Origin: Eledone cirrhosa
Taxonomy: Eukaryota
Length of the DNA: 64,000 nucleotides
Direction: 5' to 3'
NCBI GenBank assembly: GCA_964016885.1
Contig: OZ024743.1
Span: 257,300,001 to 257,364,000 of the forward strand
Both the position numbers and the translations under genes were made by a program. The stretch's first letter is position 1. Each line of letters opens with the position of its first letter. Positions 41,799 to 55,954 of the stretch are shown piece after piece. The notes under the pieces were generated by a model. The model was not told the DNA's origin. It searched no databases and worked only from the letters and a program-made list of their open reading frames with translations.

Positions 41799-42119
41799 CT
41801 CTTTTGATACCAAACCACATGAAACTGTTCCTGGCACTATGATAGTAAGTTGTTTATCATAGTGTTTATATTTATCTAAACAAACTTTTATATCATAATA
41901 TTATGTAAGATCCTTTGTTACATTATGTTCCAATTATCAGCTTAATATTGAGGAAGTTAGTCATATTACAAAATCTCTCCAAATTCTTTATTAATTTGAA
42001 AATTAATTGAAATAGACAGGCAGTGTATATCATGAGAATTATGCTCTTGAAAGGGTTAACATAAACAGATTTATATCATAGAACTAGAGATGCTTTCAGG
42101 CAGTTTGGTATCAAAAGGG
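41799..42119. mobile_element. piggyBac-like MITE
   Basis: TIRs CTCTTTTGATACCAAAC / GTTTGGTATCAAAAGGG, flanked by TGAA / TTAA. Confidence 0.7.
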
Positions 42120-43756
42120 TTAAAGAAGAAATTTCAGGTATAATTATTGAAAAGGAAATTAATTAAATTATTCTCTGCAGTTATTGATATTTTAATTTCC
42201 ATATAGCTTTCACTGTTCCCCATTTCTTCTAACATGGCCATTATTGAGTTTTGCCAGTGATTTTCAGTGATTCAACGTTGCATTTTCCTTCCGGTCACCA
42301 TAATAACTGAACGCATTTCAAATGCATTTGTTTCAAATTGCCAGCCATAATATGGAAAGTTTTTCTTTATGAAGGCCTAAACATGGAAACTACTTAAAGT
42401 CCATTAAGTTGTGCACCGGAAGATGGTGTCTTGATCTTTTATTGAAACTTCTCATCAGATCAGCGACATAAGAAGGAGATTTCCTTGCAAGAACACAAAT
42501 CACAGCCACACACAGAATACTTTCTATTGTTACAGCCATCTAAATTGAACGCTAAAGAAAATTTCAAATCACTTCTCTCTGTGTTATATGTGAATGAAAT
42601 TGCAAAATCTGTACAAGACAACCCCTGGAACTATATGTAATGACTTCTAATTTAATCAATGAGATAGTTTTATATCTTCTGTTCTGCTGCTGTTTTCATT
42701 TCTCCAGCATTTACCATTTACCTCATAGCTGCTTGCCTACCATGATAACGACATACTTGGCTTTGTGTTTCACTTGTGTCTGGCAGCTAGTCAGATGTCG
42801 TTGCAATAATGGCTAGAATTTATTATAACTTGCCTTCTATGAAAGACTGGCTGCTTGTCTTGAAGCATGGGTATGGTTATGGTTAAAGGGTTGGGTTGCT
42901 GTGAATTAATTGTATTATATCGTATCAGTTTATATTTATTTCTGAATAAATATTAAATTAAGCAATAACATAGTCAACTAGAGGCCATTCAATTTTTCCA
43001 GACCGTAATTTCACCCAATAAAGAAAGAACTTTTCTTCATTTCTACATTTAATTCTGCAGCACGTTTCTTATTTTTGGTACTAACAATATGTATCAATTA
43101 TGAAGATTTCCATCATTAATAACTAACTTCATACGTCACTGGAATTTCTTTTCTATTCAAATCATTATAAGCAATGAAATGTAATTTTCAAATTCAAAAT
43201 AAATTCTTTAATTGAATCTATTAATATACACACACACACACACATATGCATATATGTATGTATGCATGCATGTATGTATGTACGTACATATATGTATGTA
43301 TGTACATGTATGTATGTATCATCATCACCATTATATCCATTTTTCCATGCTCGCATGTGTTGTACATGATAGTTTGAGAAAGATATACAGCAAGATAACT
43401 TTCTTGATGCCAACCCCTTTAGCCACCTCTTACAACATGTAGGGATCAATGTATAATATTTTATCAATGTTACAGTGGGTGTGGGGCAATGATGAAATAT
43501 ATTCTTCTAAAATGGAAGCAGCAGTACCAATATGTTTGTATGTGTATATATATATATATATATATATGTATATAATTATATTATATGTATATAATTCTTT
43601 TAAATTTTACTTTTTAAAATTTTCTTTATTTTTACATTTACTTTACTCTGTTTATCTTGTTATTTATTTTTTTGTTTTGTTTCTCAACTGTAAGAAGTAC
43701 TAGATACTTTTCCTAGTCTCTCATCACTTACTACCTCTATAAGGACATTTAAATTG

Positions 43757-43837
<81 letters not shown>

Positions 43838-44321
43838 ATGTTTGTGTGTGTATGTGTCATCGTTATTATCACCATTTTACATTTATTTTCTATGCTTTAC
43901 ATCTTCTCATTCTGAGGCTAGGCAGTGCTATGTTTGAAGTCTACATTCTTCATTAGCCTGCCTAAAATCCCATTGGATCTTGTGTGTACTAAGAGTTTAC
44001 TTTAATTACACAGTATGTAATCCCTTCTAAATTTTTTTGTACAAACAGAACATGGCGATTTTCCTGGTGGGATCAGTGTTTTGTCTTCTTTCCTAATTAC
44101 CAGGACTTTAGTTTTTTATATAACTAGGTCATCAGCATATAAGAATTCCCACAGGCAGTTGGTCCTAAATGCTTTTGTTACAGCCTAGTGGACTATAATG
44201 AACAGGTTAGACTGGGCATTGGTGAATCCCAATGAAAATAAACATAATGATGATACTCTGACACCTCGTTCCTACTTATTATTAATATTACAATCTGCTT
44301 AATAGGGAAACCGACCATAGT

Positions 44322-44765
44322 ATCATCATCATCATCATCATCATCAAGGTTTTAAGTCCGTTCTTCCACGCTAGCATAGGTTAGACGGGTTGTCTTGTTG
44401 TGGGCAGTTTCCGGTCAGTTTACCTTGTCTTGCTCATACGGGAACTGATTCTGGCTTGATTTCTACAGCTGGATGCCCTTCCTAACACCAACCTCATTTA
44501 CAGTGAGTGCTGGGTGCTTTTTTTCCGAGGCGCTTACACGTCCACTTTACAGTGTGGGCTGGGTGATTTTTTGCTGTGGGACCTTCACGACCACTTTGCA
44601 GTGGTATGATAGGGACCCCAGTCCTATCATCTCATTTCTAGAGCTGAGTAAACTGGAACAATTTGAAATAAAGTGTCTTGCTCAAGGAAACAACACATCA
44701 CCCAGTCTGAGAATTGAACTCACAACCTTTCGATTGCAAGCCCAATGCTCTAACCACTAAGCCAT
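44322..44765 (-). mobile_element. SINE family B copy
   Basis: Reverse complement of 52417-52750, with an alternative RTE-like tail. Confidence 0.85.
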
Positions 44766-44769
44766 ATAA

Positions 44770-46680
44770 TATACTGAAATGGATCCACCTATGCATTGAG
44801 TGCCCAAGCTGGTGAACCAACACTAATATAAGGTAACAACATATTAAGCTACAAGATCCTACTCAAGTCAAGCGCTTACCTGGAACAACATGGAGAGGTA
44901 CCTCAACACATCCTTTTAAAGGATATACCGATACCATCTAACAAGACGTACATGCATTTGACATCATGAAAACCAACTCATTCATCCAAAGAATGCGATG
45001 GTGGGCCTACCACTACAAGAAAAAGAAGGCTTCCTCAAGCCCACGAGGAATATAACTACGACCTCAAGCTAATTTTCGACTCATGAAAAATCCCACTACA
45101 CAACATATACCTGGAAGAATTCAAGGACTGAATCATCAACATGATCTGGAATATTAAATTCAAGAGAATACCTCGTGGGAATGACAGAAGTGCATACCTC
45201 TCCAAATTAGTCTCCGCGACCACTGAAATGAAGCAATACCTTAGAGTCTTAGTACCAGCTGACAAAACTGGAAATGTATATACCATGGAGTAAAACACCT
45301 ACCGAGACTGCTTGAAAAAAAGAAATACAATAACTACAAAATCATAACACACGAAAACCTCACAGACATAGTCAGACCAAGAAAGTAATGACGGACCTTA
45401 AAATTGATGATGGAGGCAGAACCTTATAGTATGCGGACACTGAGAATCTCAATTAAAGATCACAAACCAGACTTTCAGACTAAACTTCCTGTGAGGTTAA
45501 GGCCCCATCCACATCTGACCTCGGGAGGCTTAACAAATCTATTATTCACAGAATTATAACTGAACTTAGACATAAAATGAGACTTAACCTATGGTCATGC
45601 ACTAAAGAGTTCATAGACTTGTTCTACCACATGGATATGAAGTCTGAAGTTCAATTCGGGCAATTGGACATATCAAACTACTATGCCACTATTGCCTGAT
45701 CACCATGAATTGATCTAGCCTCACTAGAGTGGAAGTTGGCATTATTATAATAGCTAAGAAAACACTCGTAGGATTTGAAGATAGACTCTGAAAAGACATA
45801 ACAGGCCTGACAGTTTTGACATAACTATGAGGTCTAGTAACTTTGTGCAAATCACCTCTTATACAAACTTGCAGAGGTGCTCCCTAGTATAGTAGGTCGA
45901 CTATGAGAATGACTACAGAAACAACTTAATTATTTTTTAAAAAGCTATGGACTGACATTAGAAATAAGCCCCTACATAAGGAGTGTAAATTTCCTAGATG
46001 TGACGTTACAATTGGACACATGTTTTTACTACCAATTCCACAAACCCAACAAAAATCAATACGTGAATACATGAATAGACACTCTAACCTCCCAAAATCC
46101 ATTATTAACTCTTTGGTTAAAAGTGTCTCTAACAGGGTGTCTACATTGTCAGCAAATATCTTCAACCAGCATGCCAAGTATTACAACTCAGCACTGGCCT
46201 GGGTCGGGTATGAAGATAAGCTACAATATGATGACAACACTAACAAAGCAGCACAAACCAAACGCCACAGGCCTTTCATTACAATTACACATAGCAACAT
46301 GTCTGACATGGTAACCGCTTCCCCAGACTTAGCCATAGCTGACCAGGAAGACAAGTATATACACCAGCACCATGAGGCTGAAGCCAGACCTTCCTACCTC
46401 ATTTGTAGTAATTGTATAATGACTAATCACCCTACAAACATGTCTAAAACACATACCCATAAGCTAATAAATAGTAGAATACACAATGATGAAGAACTAG
46501 AAAATAGTGAGTGCAACCTACCACACACTGAACAAAACTAGAGAACTAAGAGCCAGGAAGACGTGGAATGAAACAATGAAGGTGGACTTGATTCAACTGA
46601 ATCTCTCAATGACCGAATCCTCTGGCACTACAACATACGACAAAAGACCCATGTCAACAACTCAACCCCTCACTTAGCTC
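44770..46680 (+). pseudogene. Heavily decayed PLE reverse transcriptase
   Basis: KDIPIP, QRMRWWAY, VPADKTGNVY, IKDHKPDF, QLDISNYY, FDITM, NFLDVT, NRHSNLP, colinear with 18248-19900. Confidence 0.85.
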
Positions 46681-47160
46681 ATAATGGTGCCACGAAGCCG
46701 CACATTGCAAACGCAGTTGAAGGGCAGGCTCACCAAGTAACATGGCTCCCTTTATGACTAAGACTTGTTGCGGCCAACTGGCCCAACCTCCCACATAAAC
46801 TATGGTTCCATTTGGAGAAGGGTTCAGCATGGCTAAATGGCCTGTCCCTTCCCATAGTGGTGCCATGAGTTCTACACTGCAATTGTAGTTGCGACTCCCA
46901 AACTGTGGTCCTGCTGTGAGAAGGGTTTGCCATGGCCAACTGGCTTGTCCCTCTTCATAGTGGTACCATCCAGTTTCACATTGTAAATGGAGTTGGTGTT
47001 AAGAAGGGCATCCAGCTATAAAAACGCCAGCCAAGTTTACAGTCTCGTTGGAGCAAGGTACAGTGTGGCCAATTCTGGCCAGACTTTCCTCTTGACATGG
47101 ACGACCCCTCTAACATATGAAAGCATGGTCAATGGACACTAAACGGTGTTGATGATGATA
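46681..47160 (+). mobile_element. RTE-type 3' UTR fragment with internal repeats
   Basis: gttggtgttaagaagggcatccagc..aagcatgg..taaacggtgttgatgatgat. Confidence 0.6.
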
Positions 47161-47210
47161 TATGTATGTATATGTATGTATATATATATACATATGTATG
47201 TATATATGTG

Positions 47211-47299
<89 letters not shown>

Positions 47300-47303
<4 letters not shown>

Positions 47304-48205
47304 TATTTTCCGTAGTGTTGTAATATAAATATTACACACAGTAGATGGACAGCTCACGTAGAGTTTGCTCGACGGTTCCAGCTAAGTGAGGGGTTGAGTT
47401 GTTGACATGGGTCTTTTGTCGTATGTTGTAGTGCCAGAGGATTCGGTTATTGAGAGATTCAGTTGAATCAAGTCCACCTTCATTGTATACACCATCACCT
47501 ATATAACTCACCCACACACACAGCCCCCCAAAAAAATTTTTTATCCACACGCCACCCACACCCACAACACGCTTAAACCACACACACGTGCTTCCCACCA
47601 CATATTTACACCCTCAGCCTCCTGATTCCTCTCCCCCCATCCACCCTATCCACACACGCACAGACACTCCGACCCACAAAAACACCCCCCACACACACCT
47701 TCCTGAACATGCAACCCCGTTCTTCCCCCAACCCTCACTTTCACATACACACACACACACACACACGCACACCTAACCACACACACCACCTTCAGCCCTC
47801 CCCGCTCGGACACCCCGTCTCCCTCTCCCCACTCCACCCGCCACCACCCCTACTCACCCCACACCCTTCCACCACCTGTTTACCCCCCTTTTAATTTCAG
47901 TTTATTTTGATCATGCCTTTATTTTAAAATTTTCTCATTCCTTGTATTTTGATTATGCTTTATTTTTATTTATTATATTTTTTGTCTTTATTTGTTAATT
48001 TTTCATTCGCACCGTTTCCTTTCGCTATATGTCTCTCCACTACTCCCCTACACACCTTTTGAACTATGTTCCCACACACTTCTCACCTGAAGAAGGGCTT
48101 ATGCCCGAAACGTCGTCCCCCACCTACCCCCCACTCTCCTGAGCGTGAATTTAATAAACATTTATTGTACTGCCTCTCTGTTCTGTCCCTGTTCAATTTT
48201 TCATT
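47300..48205. mobile_element. PLE debris: inverted copy of 46573-46679 joined to a C-rich 3' UTR/pLTR
   Basis: 47380-47486 is the reverse complement of 46573-46679. HHR at 48085 and AATAAA at 48153. Confidence 0.7.
48085..48116 (+). ncRNA. Canonical minimal PLE-type HHR
   Basis: AC-CTGAAGA-A-GGGC ttat GCCC-GAAA-CGTC-GT, with the ACGT palindrome. Stem I is only 2 bp. Confidence 0.75.
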
Positions 48206-48365
<160 letters not shown>

Positions 48366-48391
48366 ATGTAATAAACAACATAAGGCAATTA

Positions 48392-48451
48392 TTCCATTTA
48401 CCAGTGGTTTCTTAGAAGCAAAAGGTTTTGCTTTCAATCCTCAGAATGAAA
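48392..48451 (-). ncRNA. Type I HHR
   Basis: Reverse complement of 52142-52201. Confidence 0.8.
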
Positions 48452-48982
48452 AAATCCTGGTTTGTTAATTGAATTTGGATTTAAAAAAAACAAAAATGCA
48501 ATCTATATGAAAGTGAGGCTGGAGAAGGAAGAAGGAAAGGAAAAATAAAATAAAACTACACATGCAAACACACACACAAAAAAAAAACACAAAAAAAAAC
48601 ACAAAAGCATACATACACACACATATATACATACATTCACACAATCATACATATATACACACGTACATACATACACATACATAAATGCACACCTCTACAT
48701 ATTCACACACGCAAATTAATATAAGAAAAAAAATATATATATATATTAAAAATATTTGACACCGTTACATAAGGCAGCTAACTGGACAGACACGCGTGGT
48801 AAGTAATACACACAAATGCACGTATACATACGTACGAAATAGTAAACACATACACACACTCTCACACATAAATATACATATACAAATACATAAACACATA
48901 CATACACATACATGCACAAACATGCACACGTATACAAAATATACACACACATATGTATATGTAATTATATACACACACACAT

Positions 48983-50485
48983 TTTAACACCTTTCTAGTG
49001 GGTCCGGGTATGTTTTTACATTCATTTAAATTATTGATGTATTGTTTTATTGATTTTTTTATCTGTTTGTCCCGAATCTTCTATTATCGATTTTTTATCG
49101 TATGGTTGATTGTAGACTTGTTCTATGTGTGACGGTATTTTAACGATAGTTATAGCTCTGATTCATCTGAATTATTGAGCCCTCTGCCGCTCATTTCGAA
49201 TATTGTTTATCGTGAACTCGTGCGCCGATTTTTCGATACTCGATCTTTCTAATATTTTTAGCTCTAGACATAGCTATCCACCAGTTAATTTTATTGCTCA
49301 TTTTTTGTCGATTCTATTGAGTGATGAATAGCTCTTGTTTTATTTTAACATGTCTATTGAGCACTCTTATTCGATATGTGTATTTCCACATTTCCTCGAA
49401 TAGTTTTCGCGGATGTAGAGGTTATCTCCCTTGTCAAATTCCATGTGCGTATTTCGCTTGTGGTTAGCCTCTTATCCGCTAGGAAAAAGCTCGTTGATGA
49501 AGTAAACTCCATTCCTCTGGCTCTAGTAGTCTTATATATTTATATGTGAGCTGATAGAGTACAGTCTAAGGATTTACAGAAACCCAAGAAGCTAGATTTA
49601 ACACCTTTCTAGTGGGTCCGGGTATGTTTTTACATTCATTTAAATTATTGATGTATTGTTTTATTGATATTTTTTATCTGTTTGTCCCGAATCTTCTATT
49701 ATCGATTTTTTATCGTATGGTTGATTGTAAACTTGTTCTATGTGTGACGGTATTTTAACGATAGTTATAGCTCTGATTCATCTGAATTATTGAGCCCTCT
49801 GCCGCTCATTTCGAATATTGTTTATCGTGAACTCGTGCGCCGATTTTTCGATACTCTATCTTTCTAATATTTTTAGCTCTAGACATAGCTATCCACCAGT
49901 TAATTTTATTGCTCATTTTTTGTCGATTCTATTGAGTGATGAATAGCTCTTGTTTTATTTTAACATGTCTATTGAGCACTCTTATTCGATATGTGTATTT
50001 CCACATTTCCTCGAATAGTTTTCGCGGATGTAGAGGTTATCTCCCTTGTCAAATTCCATGTGCGTATTTCGCTTGTGGTTAGCCTCTTATCCGCTAGGAA
50101 AAAGCTCGTTGATGAAGTAAACTCCATTCCTCTGGCTCTAGTAGTCTTATATATTTATATGTGAGCTGATAGAGTACAGTCTAAGGATTTACAGAAACCC
50201 AAGAAGCTAGATTTAACACCTTTCTAGTGGGTCCGGGTATGTTTTTACATTCATTTAAATTATTGATGTATTGTTTTATTGATATTTTTTATCTGTTTGT
50301 CCCGAATCTTCTAATATCGATTTTTTATCGTATGGTTGATTGTAGACTTGTTCTATGTGTGACGGTATTTTAACGATAGTTATAGCTCTGATTCATCTGA
50401 ATTATTGAGCCCTCTGCCGCTCATTTCGAATATTGTTTATCGTGAACTCGTGCGCCGATTTTTCGATACTCGATCTTTCTAATAT
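48983..50485 (+). repeat. 615-bp tandem array (about 2.4 units), retrozyme-like
   Basis: Near-identical units start at 48983, 49597 and 50212. HHR-like fold at 49488-49593 and 50103-50208. Confidence 0.92.
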
Positions 50486-50807
50486 ATATATATATATACA
50501 TAAACACAAACACACACACACACACACATATATGTATACATACACACACATAACCATACATAGCTAAACAATTATACACATACAAATACGTACATATCAT
50601 AAACACGCACAACCAAATACAAACACACACACACACACACATACAAATATATATATACACACGCATATATATATACATATATATACACATGCATACACAT
50701 ACACACACACATACATGTATGTGTAAAACTCAGTCTTAGATAATTCATATGAACCTTACATATACATATATATAGTAGTAAAGTAATAAAGCAACATAAG
50801 GCAATTA

Positions 50808-50867
50808 TTCCATTCACCAGTGGTTTCTTAAAAGCAAAAAATGTTTCCTTCAATCTTCAGAATGAAA
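50808..50867 (-). ncRNA. Diverged type I HHR copy (CUGAAGA core, GUG triplet, likely inactive)
   Basis: Direct paralog of 48392-48451. Confidence 0.6.
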
Positions 50868-51346
50868 AAAACCTGGTCTATCCACATATACATACATATA
50901 CACACACAAATATATACATATATATACACATACACATACACACACATACATATATATATATATACATACATATATACATATATATATATATACACACACA
51001 AATATACATACACATACACATAGGTATGTGAAGGGCAAGGCAAAAATAATATATGGGGGGGGGGGCATAAGATAAGGTGAAATATAAGGGGAGGTAAGGG
51101 AGAAAAAAATAAGTAAATAAACAAGAGTACAGAACGTAGAATCAGCAAAATAAAAACCGTAGCAGAAGTAAAGAGCAGAGTAGGAGTTCAAGGCGGTTGA
51201 TTTATCATAGGAGTGTCAATCCAGTTACAGATCAGATGCAACTTCAGATGAGGACAGCATCTGAAGATCTCAGTCTTTGAGTTAAGGCATAATTGTTTAG
51301 CTATGTATGGTTATGTGTGTGTATGTATACATATATGTGTGTTTGT

Positions 51347-51393
<47 letters not shown>

Positions 51394-51776
51394 TGTGTGT
51401 ATATAATTACATATACATATGTGTGTGTATATTTTGTATACGTGTGCGTGTTTGTGCATGTATGTGTATGTATGTGTTTATGTATTTGTATATGTATATT
51501 TATGTGTGAGAGTGTGTGTATGTGTTTACTATTTCGTACGTATGTATACGTGCATTTGTGTATATTACTTACCACGCGTGTCTGTCCAGTTAGCTGCCTT
51601 ATGTAACGGTGTCAAATATTTTTAATATATATATATATATTCTTTTTTCTGATATTTATTTGCGTGTGTGAATATGTAGAGGAGTGCATTTATGTATGTG
51701 TATGTATGTACGTGTGTATATATGTATGATTGTGTGAATGTATGTATGTATATATGTGTGTGTGTATGGCTATGTT

Positions 51777-51827
<51 letters not shown>

Positions 51828-52141
51828 ATATGTGTGTGTGCGTGTGTGTGTGCATGTATGAGTGTATGTATGTGTATATGTGTATGTATGTGTATGTGTA
51901 TATATGTGTATGTATATATATATGTGTGTATATGTATATTTGTATATATATATATATGTATATATATATGTGTGTGTATGTATGCTTTTGTGTTTGTTTT
52001 TTTTGTTTTTTTTGCGTGTGTGTGTTTGCATGTGTAGTTTTATTTTATTTTTCCTTTTCTTCTTACTTCTCCAGCCTCACTTTCATATAGATTACATTTT
52101 TGTTTTTTTAAAATCCAAATTCAATAAACAAACCAGGATTT

Positions 52142-52201
52142 TTTCATTCTGAGGATTGAAAGCAAAACCTTTTGCTTTTAAGAAACCACTGGTAAATGGA
52201 A
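52142..52201 (+). ncRNA. Type I HHR with intact core
   Basis: TTTCATT-CTGAGGA-TTGAAAGCAAAA cc TTTTGCTTTTAA-GAAA-CCACTGGT-A-AATGGAA. Confidence 0.82.
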
Positions 52202-52299
52202 TAATTGCCTTATGTTGTTTATTACATAATAATAATAATTAAGCTCTGTTACCTACATAGAGCACTCTTTTTTCCTGGACTTTTCCGACGGAATTACTT

Positions 52300-52812
<513 letters not shown>

Positions 52813-52820
52813 ATATATAA

Positions 52821-53015
52821 AATGTGGGAAAGAGGGGAGTGACCTATTGTATCCAGGACTTAAAATACTGTGGTGATTATGTTATATTACTTTTTTAGAT
52901 AAAATACAAGACCATGTTAAATAGAAGATAAAATAACGACTGTTGCAAACACGGATTGGAATATATAAAAACAGGGAAATATGTTTGGTGTGTTTGTATG
53001 TGTATGTACACACAC

Positions 53016-53070
<55 letters not shown>

Positions 53071-53727
53071 AAAGGTAAACATATATATATATAGACACAC
53101 ACACAAATGAAGGTGCATGACCATGGGGTTAGGTTGATGGGCTTACAATCATAGTGTCAAGGGTTCAATACCTATATTAGGTGGTGCAGTGTGATCTTTA
53201 GCATTGCTGTAGTACATTCAGTTGAAAATGAATAATAGCAGGGGCCAGGCTTTAACCCTATAATGGACCACGGTCCTGTAACAGGGGGGTGCATTTAAGA
53301 CAATTAAATACACACAATTATATATGCATATATATACATGTATATATAAATAGCTACATATAGATATAGATATATACATACATATACACATATATACATA
53401 CATGCATATATATACATACATATGCATATATATATATACATATACATATATATATGTCTGAGTATATATATGTGTGTATTTAATTGTCTTAAATGCACCC
53501 CCCTGTTACAGGACCGTGGTCCATTACAGGGTTAAACCCTGGCCCCTGCTATTATTCATTTTCAACTTAATGTACTACAGCAATGCTAAAGATCACACTG
53601 CACCACCTAATATAGGTATTGAACCCTTGACACTATGATTGTAAGCCCATCAACCTAACCCCATGGTCATGCACCTTCATTTGTGTGTGTGTGTGTGTCT
53701 ATATATATATATATGTTTACCTTTTAC

Positions 53728-53792
<65 letters not shown>

Positions 53793-53998
53793 TACATATA
53801 TGTGTGTGTACATACACATACAAACACACCAAACATATTTCCCTGTTTTTATATATTCCAATCCGTGTTTGCAACAGTCATTTATTTTATCTTCTATTTA
53901 ACATGGTCTTGTATTTTATCTAAAAAAGTAATATAACATAATCACCACAGTATTTTAAGTCCTGGATACAATAGGTCACTCCCGCTCTTTCCCACATT
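52821..53998. repeat. Inverted duplication with ~500-bp arms around a TA-rich spacer
   Basis: 52821-53316 pairs with 53470-53998 with few substitutions. Contains a decayed SINE head. Confidence 0.9.
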
Positions 53999-54446
53999 AT
54001 AAAAAACAAAGCTAGTAGTGAACAAATAACAGTAAAAATTACAACATCAAGGCTATACCTACAATAGACTGTTACACATGTATCTATGATGCATGTTTTA
54101 CCACAACATCAATATCAACATGGCTGCAAGTACAAGTATGTATATATTTAGACAGATAAACTGATATGATGTGTATGCTTGCTTGTGTGTGGGTACATGT
54201 ATACGTTTATATATGTTTATGTATACATGTATATATAGATATGTTATGTGTTTATATCTATCTATATATACATAATGATGATGATGATATATGTGTTTTT
54301 TGTGCATGTGTGTATATGTATATATACATATACACACATATACATACATATACACGCATATATATATATATACATACACGCATATATATATACATATATA
54401 TATGCATATGTATGTGTATGTATGTATATATATGTATATATATATG

Positions 54447-54488
<42 letters not shown>

Positions 54489-54906
54489 TTCATGTCTGTG
54501 TTTATATAAGTATGTATATATATATATATATGCATATATAGCTATGTTGTAAGAATTCTAAAACTATTGACATAACAGCAATATCCTAAAATTAAAGGAA
54601 ACTGAATGCAAGATCAAAGAATTGGCAACAACGAGAGTATGATGAAGATGAAACAAATGCAATAAGCAATTCAAATGCTAACACAGCAAGATTTAGAACA
54701 GAAACTACTATGCTTTCTTTCTGTCAACATAGCCTAAAACTAGACATTTTTATCTTATTTTGTTATCATCCGGTGTGTTATTTGTACCAAAGCAGGTCAA
54801 CGGAACAGAAAACTGTAGGTTTGAGGATGAGACAAATGCTGGAGATTTATTATTGCTGACAAACCCATTGACGTTGCATGCAATAACCTAGATAAGATTG
54901 TATGTA

Positions 54907-55028
<122 letters not shown>

Positions 55029-55030
55029 TT

Positions 55031-55931
55031 CATGATCATCATCATCATCAACGTTTAACGTCCGCTTGCATGGGTTTGGACGGGGGTTTTCCCACTTGAG
55101 GCAAGAGTGATTATCTTGCTCGCATAGGACTATCTGGCGGGTTTTCTACAGCTGGATGCCCTTCCTAACACCAACCACATTTACAGTGTGGGGCTGGGAG
55201 GTCTATACCGTCTTGCCTACACGGCCACATTACAGCGTGAACTGTGTGTTTTTTTGTCGTGACACCTACACGATCTCATTTGTTTCGGCCTGGATGTTGT
55301 GGCACCAACATAACTTTACATAGGAGGGGGTGGTGTGGATGGGGTGGGGGTGGTGGGACGGGGGTGTATTTTGTTAGAGATGCCTACTGACTGTAGTAGG
55401 TTTTACTTTGTATTTAGGTAAGGCGGGTCTTCTCTATTACTGAGTACCGCCAAAGGTCTCGGTCCAGTGACATTGTCTTGGTGAGGTGTAAGTGTGTGAG
55501 GTCGGAATTTATCAGCTCGTCCCAGGTCTTTCTGGGTCTGCCTATTCCGTGGCTACCGTCTATCTTTATTGCCCTGCACTTTGTTATACAGCTATCGTCT
55601 TTCATGCGCATCACGTGACCATACCAACATAGCCTTCTCTCGAGTAAACAACATCTGATCCCTCTTATTTCTAATTTTTTTCCTTAGTTCGTTTATGCTT
55701 TACCGTTCACGTATATTACTATTACACATCCAGCGGAGCATGCAAGATTCGTTTCTCTCTAGTCTGCGTATATCCTCTGCACACAATGCGCAGGTCTCAC
55801 TGCCATGCAACATTGCTGTTCGTATGCAGGCATCATACAACCTGCCTTTCATTTTTAGAGAGAACCCTTTAGCGGCTAATAGTGGTATAAGCTCTCTGAA
55901 CTTTTTCCATCCAGTTCTGACTCTAGCTACA
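55031..55931 (-). mobile_element. RTE family 1 3' fragment
   Basis: Reverse complement of 37339-38317, and colinear with 23951-24870. Confidence 0.92.
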
Positions 55932-55954
55932 TTATACTATATCACTATATATCA

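Noticed and set aside
42160-42700. Possible Tc1/pogo transposase remnant
   Set aside because: Too decayed to read diagnostic motifs or TIRs by eye.
51243-51300. CTGAAGA-tCTCA..TGAGt HHR-like motif
   Set aside because: GAAA is replaced by TAAG, and CTGAAG is sequestered in a separate hairpin.
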